Shown: positions 49,940 through 60,549, counted from the stretch's first letter. The stretch is DNA of 64,000 nucleotides from Gemmatimonadales bacterium (GCA_037189525.1 JBBCJC010000005.1:832001-896000); one strand, 5' to 3'. Translations and numbers: made by a program. The notes: generated from the sequence alone by a model not told the origin.

Positions 49940-51519
49940 GGAATCGCTTCCCGCTGCCCCGGCAACGTGGAGAGGCGAATCACGGGGGCATCGGCGCCGC
50001 GCCGCAAATCGCGATCGAGCAGGTTCCACTGCGCAAAGCCGTCCTCACCGGCCGGCTCCAGCAGGTACGCAGCGAAGACGCCCAGCCGCTGATCGGTCGG
50101 CACCACGTACGACCCCTCGAGCGCGTCCGCGCGCCCCGGTCGCCAGGCGCCGTGGACGCGCACCAAACGATGCCCCTCGAAGACGTTGGTGCCGACAGAC
50201 AGCGAGTCGACCCGGAAGAGTTCGGCCGGACCGGACCAGGCGGCGCGGAGGCGCTCGACGATGATCCCCTGCCTGCGCAGCAGCGTAACCAGGTGCGCGT
50301 GCTGCGGCGGCAGCAGATATCCCGCCCGGATCGGCTCCTTGACCACCGGCGCAAACCGAACGTAGACGGGCATCCGAACCGTTCGGAAGGTCCCGGTCCG
50401 GGTCCGCCGCGCAAACGGTCCCGCGCCCTGATCCGCCGCATGGGTGATCTCGGCGATCACATCCTCCATCACCGGCGGGGCGAAGGTGCTGGTCACGACC
50501 ACCGAATCGGGCCGGGCGCGGGCCGAGGCCGCGTTGAGGGATTTGATGGTGGTCCGTTCCGCCGCGACGTAGCGGAGGATCTCGAGCACGAAGTTGTAGG
50601 TCGCGCTGATCCGGGTGGCGAAGTCGGCGTTCGAATAGGCCTCACTCAGAATCGACATCCGGCCGCGGATCCCGAACCAGTTGGTGGCGTACCGGGCCTC
50701 GGCGCCGAAGGTCTGCCAGCCGCGCACCAGCGAGTCGGGGTGCTGATTGACGAAATTGCCGTACCAGTAAATTTCCTGCTTGTGCTTGGTCCGCATCCGG
50801 CTCCGGATCTCGGGCAGGAGGCGATCCCGGACGTAGTCGTTGGCCACCGACCCGTTGGCATTGTTCCCCGGTGAGTAGGTCAGCACATAGCCGTGGTAGC
50901 TGCCGTTGGTAGTGTGGAGATCCAGATAAACGTCGGGATCCCAGCGCTCCACCATCGCCAGCAGGGCCCGCGTCTCGGGGGCTTCCTGCTTGATGAGATC
51001 CCGATTGAGGTCGAGCCCCTGCCCGTTCGGACGGCGCCCGATGATGGCAGGGCCGTTCTGTCCTCGGCGATTCTGATCGCCGGGACCGAAGGATTCGTTG
51101 CCGTCGGTGTTGTAGACCGGCACCACCACCAGCACGAGGCTGTCCAGGAGGGGCTGGAGCGGCCCGACGGTGAGGTCCCGAAGGAGCATCAGGCTGGCCT
51201 CTTTGCCCTCGACCTCGCCGCCGTGAATGTTGGCCTGGACGTATACGATGGGCTTGCCGGATCGATGGGCTTCGGCGGCGTCGGTCACCAGCGGGCGGGA
51301 CGCGACGACGTAGGGGATCTCGCGCCCCTGCGACGTCCGGCCGAAGCTGGCGATCCGAATCAGCGGGGTCCTGCCGGCCAGGCTGTCGAGAAAGATGCGG
51401 ACGTCGGCGAGCGTGGAGGTTTCGCGAGTCGCGGTTCGCTCTGCCCGGGTGGACTGAGCTGCGGCGGGCGCTGCCAGCGTTCCCGCCAGCAGCAGCCCGA
51501 GTAAATAGCGCGTGATCAT
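49936..51519 (-). CDS. M14 zinc carboxypeptidase
   Basis: NIHGGEVEGKE, DLNRD, DLHTTNG; signal peptide. Confidence 0.9.
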   Translation of the reverse strand: MITRYLLGLLLAGTLAAPAAAQSTRAERTATRETSTLADVRIFLDSLAGRTPLIRIASFGRTSQGREIPYVVASRPLVTDAAEAHRSGKPIVYVQANIHGGEVEGKEASLMLLRDLTVGPLQPLLDSLVLVVVPVYNTDGNESFGPGDQNRRGQNGPAIIGRRPNGQGLDLNRDLIKQEAPETRALLAMVERWDPDVYLDLHTTNGSYHGYVLTYSPGNNANGSVANDYVRDRLLPEIRSRMRTKHKQEIYWYGNFVNQHPDSLVRGWQTFGAEARYATNWFGIRGRMSILSEAYSNADFATRISATYNFVLEILRYVAAERTTIKSLNAASARARPDSVVVTSTFAPPVMEDVIAEITHAADQGAGPFARRTRTGTFRTVRMPVYVRFAPVVKEPIRAGYLLPPQHAHLVTLLRRQGIIVERLRAAWSGPAELFRVDSLSVGTNVFEGHRLVRVHGAWRPGRADALEGSYVVPTDQRLGVFAAYLLEPAGEDGFAQWNLLDRDLRRGADAPVIRLSTLPGQREAIP

Positions 51520-51546
51520 ACCCTCAAGATAGCGCCCGCTCGCCGC

Positions 51547-52998
51547 TCAGGCGGAAACCTGCCTCGGCCGCGAGAACCGCGAGACGATCGCGGCAACCGC
51601 GATGTTCACGAGAAGCGCCGCGAACCCGATGTTGAGGTCCTGAAACCACCCAGGTGCGGATGGCAGCAGCGACGCCACGCTCGCCTTGGTGAGGGAGGTC
51701 CAGGCCACCGTGATCTCGCCGGCAATAATCCCGGCAATGGCGCCGGTCCGGCTCAGCGGATTACGCGGCAGCAGCGAGCAGAGGAGCGACGGCGCCAGCT
51801 GGGTCACAAAAGCGTAGCCCATCAGCAGCAGCGCCACGATCGAGTCGCCGCCGCGGAAGGTGAACCATAGCGAGAGCGCCGCCACGACCGGCACCGCCAG
51901 CTTGGCAGCGCGCGCGACCTGGGGGTCGTCGGTCGACCGCTCGGGATAGAGCACGTTCTTGGCAAGGATGGTCGACGCCGACATCAGGATCATCGACCCG
52001 GGCACCAGCGCCGTCAACACGCCGGCAGCACCGATCACGCCGACGACCCAGGGGTCGAAGCTCAGCAAGCTGACCCGGAGGAGCGCCAGGTCCGCATCGG
52101 TCCCCGTGAGCCCCGGCACCGAGAGCAATGCGGCAAAGCCGACGAACATGACGAACAGCATGACCAGTTGGTAGAGCGGGAGCACGATGGCGTTCTTCCG
52201 AAACGCATCGGCGCCCTTGGCCGAAAAGATCGAGCCAAAGCTGTGCGGCCACATGTAGAAACCGATGGCCGTTAGTGCCACGGTGCTCATGAACCATGAG
52301 GCACTCTGGCCCCGCGCAGGCAGGGTGAGGAATCCGGGCCGCTGGGCTTCGATTGCTTCGAACATGGGCCCGATCCCGCCGTGGAGCTTGAACGGCAGGT
52401 AGAGACCGAGGAACACCGCCACGCCCAGAATCAGGATGTCTTTGACGACGGCCGTCCAGGCGGAGCCATGGATGCCCGACACCACGACATACAGGACGAC
52501 ACCGATGGCGCCGAGCCAGATCGCGACCGCGGGCGAAATGGTGCCGTAGGACGCTTCGCTGACGATGATGCCGAGCCCTTTGAACTGGAGCACCAGGTAG
52601 GGCACCATCGCCACGACGCCGACCAGCGCCACCAGGATACCGAGTGCCCGGCTACCGTACTTGTGACGGAAGAAGTCGGGCTGGGAGACCAGGCCGTGGT
52701 CGCGCGCGTATTGCCAGATGGGCGGCGCGAGCCAGTAGCTGGCGACGAAGGCCACGGCGCCGTACGCCAGAATGTAGAACGCCGGCGCGCCTCTGCCGTA
52801 GGCCCAGCCCGAGGCGCCCAGAAAGGTGAACGTCGTGTAGATCTCGCCGGCCATGAGCAGGAACATCAGCCAGGCCCCGAAACTCCGCCCGGCGACGGCC
52901 CACTCCGACAGGTTCATCTGCTTGCCGCCGCGTGCGCGCACGCCGAGGCCGAGCGCAAAGAGAAAGACGCCCGCGATAATGACCAGTGCGGCGTTCAT
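51547..52998 (-). CDS. Sodium:solute symporter family protein
   Basis: Multi-TM; GRSFG, AGEIYTTFTFLG, WPH. Confidence 0.9.
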   Translation of the reverse strand: MNAALVIIAGVFLFALGLGVRARGGKQMNLSEWAVAGRSFGAWLMFLLMAGEIYTTFTFLGASGWAYGRGAPAFYILAYGAVAFVASYWLAPPIWQYARDHGLVSQPDFFRHKYGSRALGILVALVGVVAMVPYLVLQFKGLGIIVSEASYGTISPAVAIWLGAIGVVLYVVVSGIHGSAWTAVVKDILILGVAVFLGLYLPFKLHGGIGPMFEAIEAQRPGFLTLPARGQSASWFMSTVALTAIGFYMWPHSFGSIFSAKGADAFRKNAIVLPLYQLVMLFVMFVGFAALLSVPGLTGTDADLALLRVSLLSFDPWVVGVIGAAGVLTALVPGSMILMSASTILAKNVLYPERSTDDPQVARAAKLAVPVVAALSLWFTFRGGDSIVALLLMGYAFVTQLAPSLLCSLLPRNPLSRTGAIAGIIAGEITVAWTSLTKASVASLLPSAPGWFQDLNIGFAALLVNIAVAAIVSRFSRPRQVSA

Positions 52999-53186
52999 GC
53001 CGATGGCGGCCTGTGATCGAGGTGATAGACGAACCACATGACGAGACTGGTCGCCACCACCCATCCGGCGATCCAGACCAGCAGAAACGGCAAGCCGAGC
53101 ACCATCGGCTCGACGCGGTTGGCCACCCACCCGCTCGCGAGGAGCGCGGTGGGCGGCAGCAGGGCCAGCAGATGGCGGGCCTTCAC
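52995..53186 (-). CDS. DUF3311-like small membrane protein
   Basis: NRVEPMVLGLPFLLVW; immediately upstream of the symporter. Confidence 0.85.
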   Translation of the reverse strand: MKARHLLALLPPTALLASGWVANRVEPMVLGLPFLLVWIAGWVVATSLVMWFVYHLDHRPPSA

Positions 53187-53190
53187 GCGG

Positions 53191-54375
53191 TTATCGCTTG
53201 GTCCCGAGCACGTCGAGCGCGACGGCCACGAAGAGGCGGAGCGACTGATCGAGACTCTTCTCGTCGATGTCGAACTTTGGATGATGATGCGGCTCGACGA
53301 TCCGGCGCGATGCGTTGCGCGCCCCGGTAAAGAAGAAGGTCCCCGGCGCCTTTTCCATGAAGGCCGAGAAATCTTCGCCGCCCATGTTGGGCGCGAGGGT
53401 CACGACCCGGTCTTCGCCAAACAGCTCACGGGCCAGCGCGGCCACTCGCTGCGTGACCTCCGCGTTGTTGACGACCGGACGGTAGCCGTTCTGATAGGCA
53501 AACTCGTACTGCGCCCCGTGCGCTTCCGTGATGCCTTTGATGATCCGCTCCATCACCTGCGGAATCTCGGCGCGGAGTGCCTTGTCGAAGGTCCGGACCG
53601 TGCCACACAGCTTGGCTTCTTCCGGAATCACGTTGTGGATGCTGCCGGCGTTGAACTGGGTCACGCTGAGCACCGCCGGCTCGATCGGGTCGACCGTCCG
53701 GGACACCACCGTCTGCAGCGCCAACACTACCTGCGCAGCAACCACGACAGGGTCGATCGACTTGTTGGGTTGCGCAGCGTGGCCGCCTTTGCCGCGCACC
53801 GTGATCCAGAACGTATCGGGCGCCGCCATCATGGGGCCTTCCCGGACCCCGATCAGCCCCTCGTCGAGGAGCGACCAGACGTGCTGGCCGACGACCAGGT
53901 CGACCCCATCCATGACGCCGGCGTCGACCATGGCCTGGGCGCCGCCGGGCAGGACCTCTTCGGCGTGCTGGAAGATGAAGCGCAGTTCGCCCGAGAGCTC
54001 GTCGCGGCGATCGAGCAGGATCCTGGCGACGCCCAGCAGGACGGCCGTGTGCCCGTCATGGCCGCAGGCGTGCATGACGCCCGGCACGGTCGAGACGAAG
54101 TCATGATCGTTTTCTTCGTGGATCGGCAGCGCATCCATGTCGGCGCGGAACGCCAGGGTCGGACCCGGGCGGCCGGTGACCAGACGGGCCAGGACGCTCG
54201 TCTCGGTCGGACGGGTCACGATCAGGTCGCTGAAACCGACCAGGGTCTCGTACACGAACCGGGACGTTTCGGTTTCCTGGAAGGAAAGCTCGGGGTGACG
54301 ATGCAGGTGGCGCCGCCAGGCAATGACCTGGTCGCGCAATGCATCGGCGACAGTGGCAAGGGTCGAGTTGGTCAT
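53191..54375 (-). CDS. M20D amidohydrolase
   Basis: HRHPELSFQE, RADMDAL, MHACGHDGH, FQHAEE, GEDF, HHPKF. Confidence 0.93.
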   Translation of the reverse strand: MTNSTLATVADALRDQVIAWRRHLHRHPELSFQETETSRFVYETLVGFSDLIVTRPTETSVLARLVTGRPGPTLAFRADMDALPIHEENDHDFVSTVPGVMHACGHDGHTAVLLGVARILLDRRDELSGELRFIFQHAEEVLPGGAQAMVDAGVMDGVDLVVGQHVWSLLDEGLIGVREGPMMAAPDTFWITVRGKGGHAAQPNKSIDPVVVAAQVVLALQTVVSRTVDPIEPAVLSVTQFNAGSIHNVIPEEAKLCGTVRTFDKALRAEIPQVMERIIKGITEAHGAQYEFAYQNGYRPVVNNAEVTQRVAALARELFGEDRVVTLAPNMGGEDFSAFMEKAPGTFFFTGARNASRRIVEPHHHPKFDIDEKSLDQSLRLFVAVALDVLGTKR

Positions 54376-54519
54376 CAGAAGTTTCCGGACGAAGGGAGAG
54401 AAGTCCGAAGGGTAGCCCGACCGGATGCCCGGCGCCAGCGGGGCGGCGGTTATCTTGTCCGACGTGCGGCGAACTCGCGTCGCGTGGAAGGTCTCACCCG
54501 TCAATCCGAGAGCCGTTTG

Positions 54520-54987
54520 ATGCGAATTCCGATTGCCGTTTTTACAGCCGCGATCCTCACCGCTGCGTGCGCCAAGGAGGGCGAACCACCCATGACGACG
54601 TCCATCGAATCGACCACCTTTGCCCCGGCATTGCAGGTCGACCTGAGCCAGGCCACCAAGACGCCCTCCGGGCTCTACTATCGGGACCTGGTGGCCGGCG
54701 ACGGCCCGGAGATCCGGCCCGGGCAGACCGTGGCGGTCCACTACGCCGGCTTCCTGACGGACGGAACGCCGTTCGACTCCAATCAGCCCGGTAAAGAGCC
54801 GTTCACGTTTCAGCCGGGAACCGGCCAGGTGATCGCAGGGTGGGACGAAGGGGTCGTCGGGATGCGGGTCGGGGGCAAGCGCCAGCTGATCCTGCCCCCC
54901 GATCTGGGATACGGGGCCCGCGGTATCGGTCCGATTCCAGGCAATGCGATCCTCGTCTTCACGGTCGACGCGGTCGCCATCCGCTAA
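54520..54987 (+). CDS. FKBP-type peptidyl-prolyl isomerase (lipoprotein)
   Basis: VHYAG, FDS, VIAGWDEG, GYG, IPGNAILVF. Confidence 0.93.
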   Translation: MRIPIAVFTAAILTAACAKEGEPPMTTSIESTTFAPALQVDLSQATKTPSGLYYRDLVAGDGPEIRPGQTVAVHYAGFLTDGTPFDSNQPGKEPFTFQPGTGQVIAGWDEGVVGMRVGGKRQLILPPDLGYGARGIGPIPGNAILVFTVDAVAIR

Positions 54988-54996
54988 GGGCGCCTG

Positions 54997-56262
54997 CTAC
55001 GGAAGGGTAGCGCGCGCCGCCGGAATCGAGTCCCACCGGCTCCATCCCGTCGGCGCGCGCACGATCCTCACCCCAGGACGACCGTCCAGTTCGAGACGCG
55101 TCACGTCGGTTCGATAGCCGTGCCGCACTCGCTCCGCATACCGGTCGCCGGTCAAGTTGGCAAACCGCCGGGCCGAGGTCGAGTCGTCCCAGACGCTGTA
55201 GATAACGAGGGCCGGGCCTGCCGCCGAGCGATAGACGCGGAATCGATCTCCGGCCCAACCCATCGGCAGATGATCGAGCACCTCTCCCCCGCCCCGTAAT
55301 TCCGCCGCCCAGATCTGCAGTTCGAGTTCACCCATGGTGTCCTCGTGCATCACGGCGTGGCCGGACGGGGTGGCGCTGTCGCCCGACGCCGGCTCGACGA
55401 ATGCCACCGTGACGGGCTGATCGGCGTTGAGATACTTGATCGGATGGAGCACCTGTTCGGTCGACTGCGGCAACTCTTCGAGCGTGGGCAGTGAAGCTTT
55501 GCCCGGCTGCGTTCCCCACCACCGCATGAACTCGGCGCCACCCAGGTACGGAAAGATCAGGCCTTCCCGCAGCACCAGGGGCGCGGCGCGAAACACGGGC
55601 ATACTGGATTGGGACGAACGAACCTGCTCCCGATACTGCTGCCAAAATCCGGGATTCGCGAGCAGGCCCTCGACACCACCGGCCGCATCGGCCTGACTCG
55701 CGAGTATCACGCCGAGCATGGCCAGGGTCGCGTGCCCCTCGAGCACGGCCTGCGCAGCCGCCTGGCGATCCGAGTTGGCGGAGTTCTTGAGCAGCCGGTC
55801 GAGCGGCAAGCGTTCGTGCTGCAGCGCATGGACGAGTTCGTGCGCCAGCACGAGCCGCAGCTGATCCGCCTTGGCGCCTTCGACCGCATACAACGTGGTG
55901 GAATCCGGATCGTAGTAGCCCGCCACCTGCTCCGCATAGAGCGGCAGGAGGGCATCCCGAATCCTGAGCGTATCGGGAATCAGTTCGAGCAGGCGATAGG
56001 CCGCCTCGATGCCCTCGGTTTTCGACTCGGGCATTTCCTGATCGAGTTTCGCCAGCAGGAAGGCCTGCACCTGGGCCTTGGTGCGGATGGCGAACTTGGG
56101 TTCGCTCGTGAAGGTGAACCCGACCGCCTTCTCGACGTGCGGCACCAGGCTGTCGACCAGCGCGGCAAGCGCTTCCGCATCCGGCGTGGCATCGGAGGAA
56201 CGGCCCCGGCACCCACCCAGGGTCACAGCAGCCAACAGCGACACAACGAGATAACGACGCAT
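54997..56262 (-). CDS. Lipoprotein with zincin-like motif
   Basis: Lipobox LGGC, VAGYYDP, LAHELVHALQ, EGHAT, PQSTEQVLHP. Confidence 0.75.
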   Translation of the reverse strand: MRRYLVVSLLAAVTLGGCRGRSSDATPDAEALAALVDSLVPHVEKAVGFTFTSEPKFAIRTKAQVQAFLLAKLDQEMPESKTEGIEAAYRLLELIPDTLRIRDALLPLYAEQVAGYYDPDSTTLYAVEGAKADQLRLVLAHELVHALQHERLPLDRLLKNSANSDRQAAAQAVLEGHATLAMLGVILASQADAAGGVEGLLANPGFWQQYREQVRSSQSSMPVFRAAPLVLREGLIFPYLGGAEFMRWWGTQPGKASLPTLEELPQSTEQVLHPIKYLNADQPVTVAFVEPASGDSATPSGHAVMHEDTMGELELQIWAAELRGGGEVLDHLPMGWAGDRFRVYRSAAGPALVIYSVWDDSTSARRFANLTGDRYAERVRHGYRTDVTRLELDGRPGVRIVRAPTGWSRWDSIPAARATLP

Positions 56263-57035
56263 CAGACCACTCCGATGAAACCCTTGTACCAGTCGATCAC
56301 CGCCGGGCCGACCAGATAGGTCACGGCGGCCCCCAGGGCGAGAAAGACGCCGAAGGGTACCAGTTTCTTTTTCCCCATGATGGCGGGCGGCAGAAAAATC
56401 AGAATACCGACCAGCGCGCCCATGAAGATGGTGAGCAAGACACCTTGCCAGCCGAGGAAGGCGCCGACCATCGCCATCATCTTGATGTCGCCGCCGCCCA
56501 TGGCTTCCTGCCTGAACAGCCAGGTACCGGCAATCCCCACCGCCCAGAGCAACCCGAATCCGACCGCCGCACCCAGCGCTGCCGTCACGAGTTGACCGAC
56601 ACCGCCCGTCGCTGCAAAGAGCAGGCCGATGACCAGCCCGCCCCAGGTGAACTCGTCGGGAATGATGTACTCACGGGCGTCGGTCGCGGCGATGCCCAAC
56701 AAGATCGTCAGGAAGATGGCGCCCTCGAGCGCGTCCAGCGACAAGCCGTGGCGCCACCCCATCCAGGCCCAGATCAACGCGGTCGCCAGCTCGATCAGCG
56801 GATACAGGGGGCTGATCGGCTCGGCACAGTTGCAGCACTTGCCGCGCAGCCAGAGCCAGGCCAGCACGGGCACATTGTCGTACCAGGCCAGCTGATTTCC
56901 GCAGCGCGGGCAGCGGGACCGGGGACGCACGACCGACTGCTCGGCCGGCCAGCGCACGATGCAGACATTGAGAAAACTGCCGACCAGCGCCCCGAACAGG
57001 CCCGCGATCAGCGCCGCGATTCCGCTATCGGTCAC
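56262..57035 (-). CDS. pilD: Type IV prepilin peptidase
   Basis: GSFLNVCI, two CxxC, GGGDIK, VPFGVFL. Confidence 0.93.
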   Translation of the reverse strand: MTDSGIAALIAGLFGALVGSFLNVCIVRWPAEQSVVRPRSRCPRCGNQLAWYDNVPVLAWLWLRGKCCNCAEPISPLYPLIELATALIWAWMGWRHGLSLDALEGAIFLTILLGIAATDAREYIIPDEFTWGGLVIGLLFAATGGVGQLVTAALGAAVGFGLLWAVGIAGTWLFRQEAMGGGDIKMMAMVGAFLGWQGVLLTIFMGALVGILIFLPPAIMGKKKLVPFGVFLALGAAVTYLVGPAVIDWYKGFIGVV

Positions 57036-57795
57036 GGGTTGCTCCGTAGAGAAAGATCCCCGCCGCCACCGCGACATTGAGCGACTCGGCGCCGGGGTCG
57101 AGCGGGATGGCGAGGCGGAGACCCGCCTCACGCGCCAGATTCGACTGGACACCGCCCCCTTCGTTGCCGAGCACGAATGCCACGCGGTCGGGGAGGGTCG
57201 CAGCGTCGAACGGGGTGCCGTCTGCCGCCGTCGCCGCCACGGTTATGCCGTGCTCGGCCAGCCACGCCGAGGCCGCGGATTCATCGACCACGACGATCGG
57301 GACGCGAAACCCCGCGCCCATCGAGGCTCGCAGCGTCTTCGGATTGGTCCACTCGGCGGTACCGGGTAGCGCCACCACGGCGGTGGCGCCGAACGCGAGC
57401 GCGGTGCGCATGATGGTGCCGACATTGCCGGGGTCCTGGAGCCCATCGAGAATCACCAGCACGGCGCGCGCACCTACCGTGATTCGATCCAGCGTCCAGG
57501 CCGGAGGGGTGACCACCGCCAGCACACCTTGAGGATGATCGGTGGCCGCCAGATCGGCGAGCGCGTCATCGGAGACCTCGGTAACGCCGACCGGCGCCGC
57601 CAGCAGCGCCCGTTTGAGGGCGCGCCCTCGTTCGGTACTTTCCAGCGTGGGGCTGATCACGACGGCGCGACAGGGAACGTGCGCTGCCAACGCCTCTTCG
57701 ACGAGGCGGACCCCTTCGGCAATGGCCAGACGCCGGCGCTCCCGCCCTCGTCGCCGGTGGAGATCCCGAATCATTGTTTGGAGCGCGTGTCCCAT
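57025..57795 (-). CDS. TrmH/SpoU-family RNA methyltransferase
   Basis: QDPGNVGTIMR, GNEGGG, ESLNVAVA. Confidence 0.93.
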   Translation of the reverse strand: MGHALQTMIRDLHRRRGRERRRLAIAEGVRLVEEALAAHVPCRAVVISPTLESTERGRALKRALLAAPVGVTEVSDDALADLAATDHPQGVLAVVTPPAWTLDRITVGARAVLVILDGLQDPGNVGTIMRTALAFGATAVVALPGTAEWTNPKTLRASMGAGFRVPIVVVDESAASAWLAEHGITVAATAADGTPFDAATLPDRVAFVLGNEGGGVQSNLAREAGLRLAIPLDPGAESLNVAVAAGIFLYGATRDR

Positions 57796-58636
57796 GCTTC
57801 CCATAGCGCTGACGATTGCAGGATCGGATTCGGGCGGCGGTGCCGGAATCCAGGCAGACCTGAAGACATTCCATCAGTTCGGCGTCTACGGCACGACGGC
57901 CATCGTCGCGCTCACTGCGCAGAATACGCGCGGCGTCACCGCGGTGCATCCGGTTCCGGCCGAGATGGTCGACGCCCAACTGCTTGCGCTGGCCGAGGAT
58001 CTGCCCCCGGACGCGGTCAAGACCGGGATGCTCGCCACAGCGCCCTTGGTCCGTCAAGTGGCGCGAGCCCTCGAGCGGTTCGGGTGGAGCCGGTACGTCC
58101 TGGACCCCGTCATGGTTGCCACCTCGGGCGACCGGCTGCTCGATCGGGATGCCGAGGCCGACATTCTCGCGAGATTGGTGCCGCGGGCGCTGCTGGTGAC
58201 CCCCAATCTCGACGAGGCGGCCATCCTGGCCGGGATCCCGGTAACCGATCCGGCCTCGATGATTGCCGCCGGGCGGGTTCTGCTGACCCACGGGGCGCGG
58301 GGTGCCCTGATCAAGGGCGGCCACCTGCCCGGCGACACGCTGGTGGATATCCTGGTTACCGAGGCGGGGGTCTTTCAATTCGAGCACCCGAAGCTGGCCA
58401 CCACCTCGACCCACGGCACCGGGTGCACGCTGTCAGCGGCGCTGGCGGCAGGGCTGGCCCGCTGGGCCGCCGGGCGCGCGGCGGCGGACGTGCCTCAGTT
58501 TTCCGAGCTGGTTCCGATCGTGCAAGATGCCCTGGACTTCCTGCAACGCGCCATCGGATCTGCCCCCGGGCTCGGGAGCGGGCACGGTCCGGTCGACCAC
58601 TGGACCGTGCCCGCCTCCGCCGGGCACAAGCGCTGA
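57794..58636 (+). CDS. thiD: Hydroxymethylpyrimidine/phosphomethylpyrimidine kinase
   Basis: [43 protein letters not shown]. Confidence 0.96.
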   Translation: MLPIALTIAGSDSGGGAGIQADLKTFHQFGVYGTTAIVALTAQNTRGVTAVHPVPAEMVDAQLLALAEDLPPDAVKTGMLATAPLVRQVARALERFGWSRYVLDPVMVATSGDRLLDRDAEADILARLVPRALLVTPNLDEAAILAGIPVTDPASMIAAGRVLLTHGARGALIKGGHLPGDTLVDILVTEAGVFQFEHPKLATTSTHGTGCTLSAALAAGLARWAAGRAAADVPQFSELVPIVQDALDFLQRAIGSAPGLGSGHGPVDHWTVPASAGHKR

Positions 58637-58655
58637 TGCGCCCGGCCCGCGATCG

Positions 58656-59546
58656 CTACGTGCGCGGGATGCCCTCCCCTTCCGGCTCCTTCCGCATGGC
58701 CGCGCGGAGCATGGTGATTGCCGCGTAGAGCACCACCACCATCACGAGCCACCGCAGCGCAACCAGCGGCAACGACTTGACGATGAAGGCTGCCAGCAAC
58801 ACCGCCGGCAGACCGCCGATGGTCAGGCCGAGTGCCGCCCGAAGATCATAGCGGCCGGCCCGGATGAACCGCATACTGGCAATCGGCATCAGGAAGGCGC
58901 AGGATCCCATCATGATCGGGAAGGCCGCAATCGGGTTCATGCCGAGCAAGCTGATCATGATCAGGCAAGGGGCAAAGAGCCCGATGCCCAAGGTCATCAG
59001 CGCACCAAGCAGGAAGTTGCCGGCGATCCCGATGCCGAGCAAGGTGCCGCGCAACGCCAGTTCCTCGCCGCCCTGGGGGCCTATGTTCATGTTGCGCATG
59101 AAGAACAGCAGCGCCGCGGCGAGCAGCGCGGTCCCCATGCCCCACTGGATCCGGCGGCGCGACCACCGCGCGACGAAACCCGCGCCGATCCACGACCCGA
59201 GAACAGCCGCGATAATCAACACCAGCATCGTCACGAACTCGACCTCGACGATCTGGATGTAGATCAGCGCCTGAGTAATGGCCGCCAGGGAGTGCCCGAC
59301 GTTGAGGGTACCCGGAATCTGCTCGTCGGACACCGACCGGCTGAACTTGAACCAGGCGGTGGTCGGGGCAAAGGAGCCGATCCCGAGGGTATCGAAGAAC
59401 GCCGTCACCAAGCCGATCAGGACCTGCTTCGCAGCCGGGAGCGTGACCTTGCCATGGGTGCGCCGGACCGCGGTGATCCAATAGGCAATGAACCCGATGG
59501 TCACCAGGACGAGCAGCAGCAACAGGACGTTCTTCGGATCGGCCAT
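58656..59546 (-). CDS. TauE/SafE (TSUP) family permease, copy 2
   Basis: FFDTLGIGSFA, PGTLNVG, FPIMMGSCAFLMP. Confidence 0.88.
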   Translation of the reverse strand: MADPKNVLLLLLVLVTIGFIAYWITAVRRTHGKVTLPAAKQVLIGLVTAFFDTLGIGSFAPTTAWFKFSRSVSDEQIPGTLNVGHSLAAITQALIYIQIVEVEFVTMLVLIIAAVLGSWIGAGFVARWSRRRIQWGMGTALLAAALLFFMRNMNIGPQGGEELALRGTLLGIGIAGNFLLGALMTLGIGLFAPCLIMISLLGMNPIAAFPIMMGSCAFLMPIASMRFIRAGRYDLRAALGLTIGGLPAVLLAAFIVKSLPLVALRWLVMVVVLYAAITMLRAAMRKEPEGEGIPRT

Positions 59547-59643
59547 CGCCTTCGATGCCTCGCAGGAGGGGTGACGGAGTTGAGTACGGTGCAACGATCA
59601 GACGCCGGCTAGAGACACCGCCGCCGGCCGAGCGGGGCCCCTC

Positions 59644-60549
59644 TCAGGGCGCCGTGGGAGGCTCGCCCGGCGGCACCGGGGCGGGCTCTTCGTTCCGCAT
59701 TGCGGCGCGCAGCATCGTGATAGCCGTGTAGAGGACGACCACCATCACCAACCAGCGGAGCGCGACCAGCGGCAGCGACTTGACGATGTACGCAGCGAGC
59801 AGCACCGCCGGAATCCCGCCGACGGCCAGTCCGACCGCCGACCGCAAATCGTACCGCCCGGCCCGGATGAAGCGGGCGCCGGCGACCGGCATCAGGAAGG
59901 CACACGACCCCATCATGATCGGAAAGGCGGCGATGGGATTCATACCAAGCAGGCTGATCATGATGAGACAGGGGGCGTAGAGGCCGATCCCGAGCGTCAT
60001 CAGCGCACCAAGCACGAAGTTCCCGGCGATCCCAACGCCGAGTAGGGTGCCACGCAGCGCCAGGTCGGTCCCACCGCCCGGCCCGATGTCGAGATTCCGC
60101 ATGGAAAAGAGCACTGCTGCCGCCAACAGCGCGATGCCCATGCCCCACTGGATCCGCCGGCGCGACCAGCGCGAGACGAACCCCGCGCCGATCCACGAGC
60201 CCGCCACGGAGGCGGCGATCAGCGCAGCCATCGTCAAGAATTCCACTTCGACGATCTGGATATAAATGAGCGCCTGCGCAACCGTCGGCAGCGTGTGGCC
60301 AACGTTGAGGGTGCCGGGGATCTTCTCATCCGGCACCGCGCGGGTAAAGCGGAACCACGCCGTGGTCGGTGCGAAGGAGCCGATGCCCAGCGTATCGAAG
60401 AAATTCGTCACTGCGCCAACCACGAGCTGGCGCACGGCGGGAAATGTGAAGGCGGTGCGGCTCTGCCGTACGGCGCTGACCCAATACGCAACGAACCCGA
60501 CCGTTACGGCAATCAGCACGAGCAACAGCAGGTTCTTCGGATCGGTCAT
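59644..60549 (-). CDS. TauE/SafE (TSUP) family permease, copy 1
   Basis: Same motifs; tandem paralogue. Confidence 0.88.
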   Translation of the reverse strand: MTDPKNLLLLVLIAVTVGFVAYWVSAVRQSRTAFTFPAVRQLVVGAVTNFFDTLGIGSFAPTTAWFRFTRAVPDEKIPGTLNVGHTLPTVAQALIYIQIVEVEFLTMAALIAASVAGSWIGAGFVSRWSRRRIQWGMGIALLAAAVLFSMRNLDIGPGGGTDLALRGTLLGVGIAGNFVLGALMTLGIGLYAPCLIMISLLGMNPIAAFPIMMGSCAFLMPVAGARFIRAGRYDLRSAVGLAVGGIPAVLLAAYIVKSLPLVALRWLVMVVVLYTAITMLRAAMRNEEPAPVPPGEPPTAP

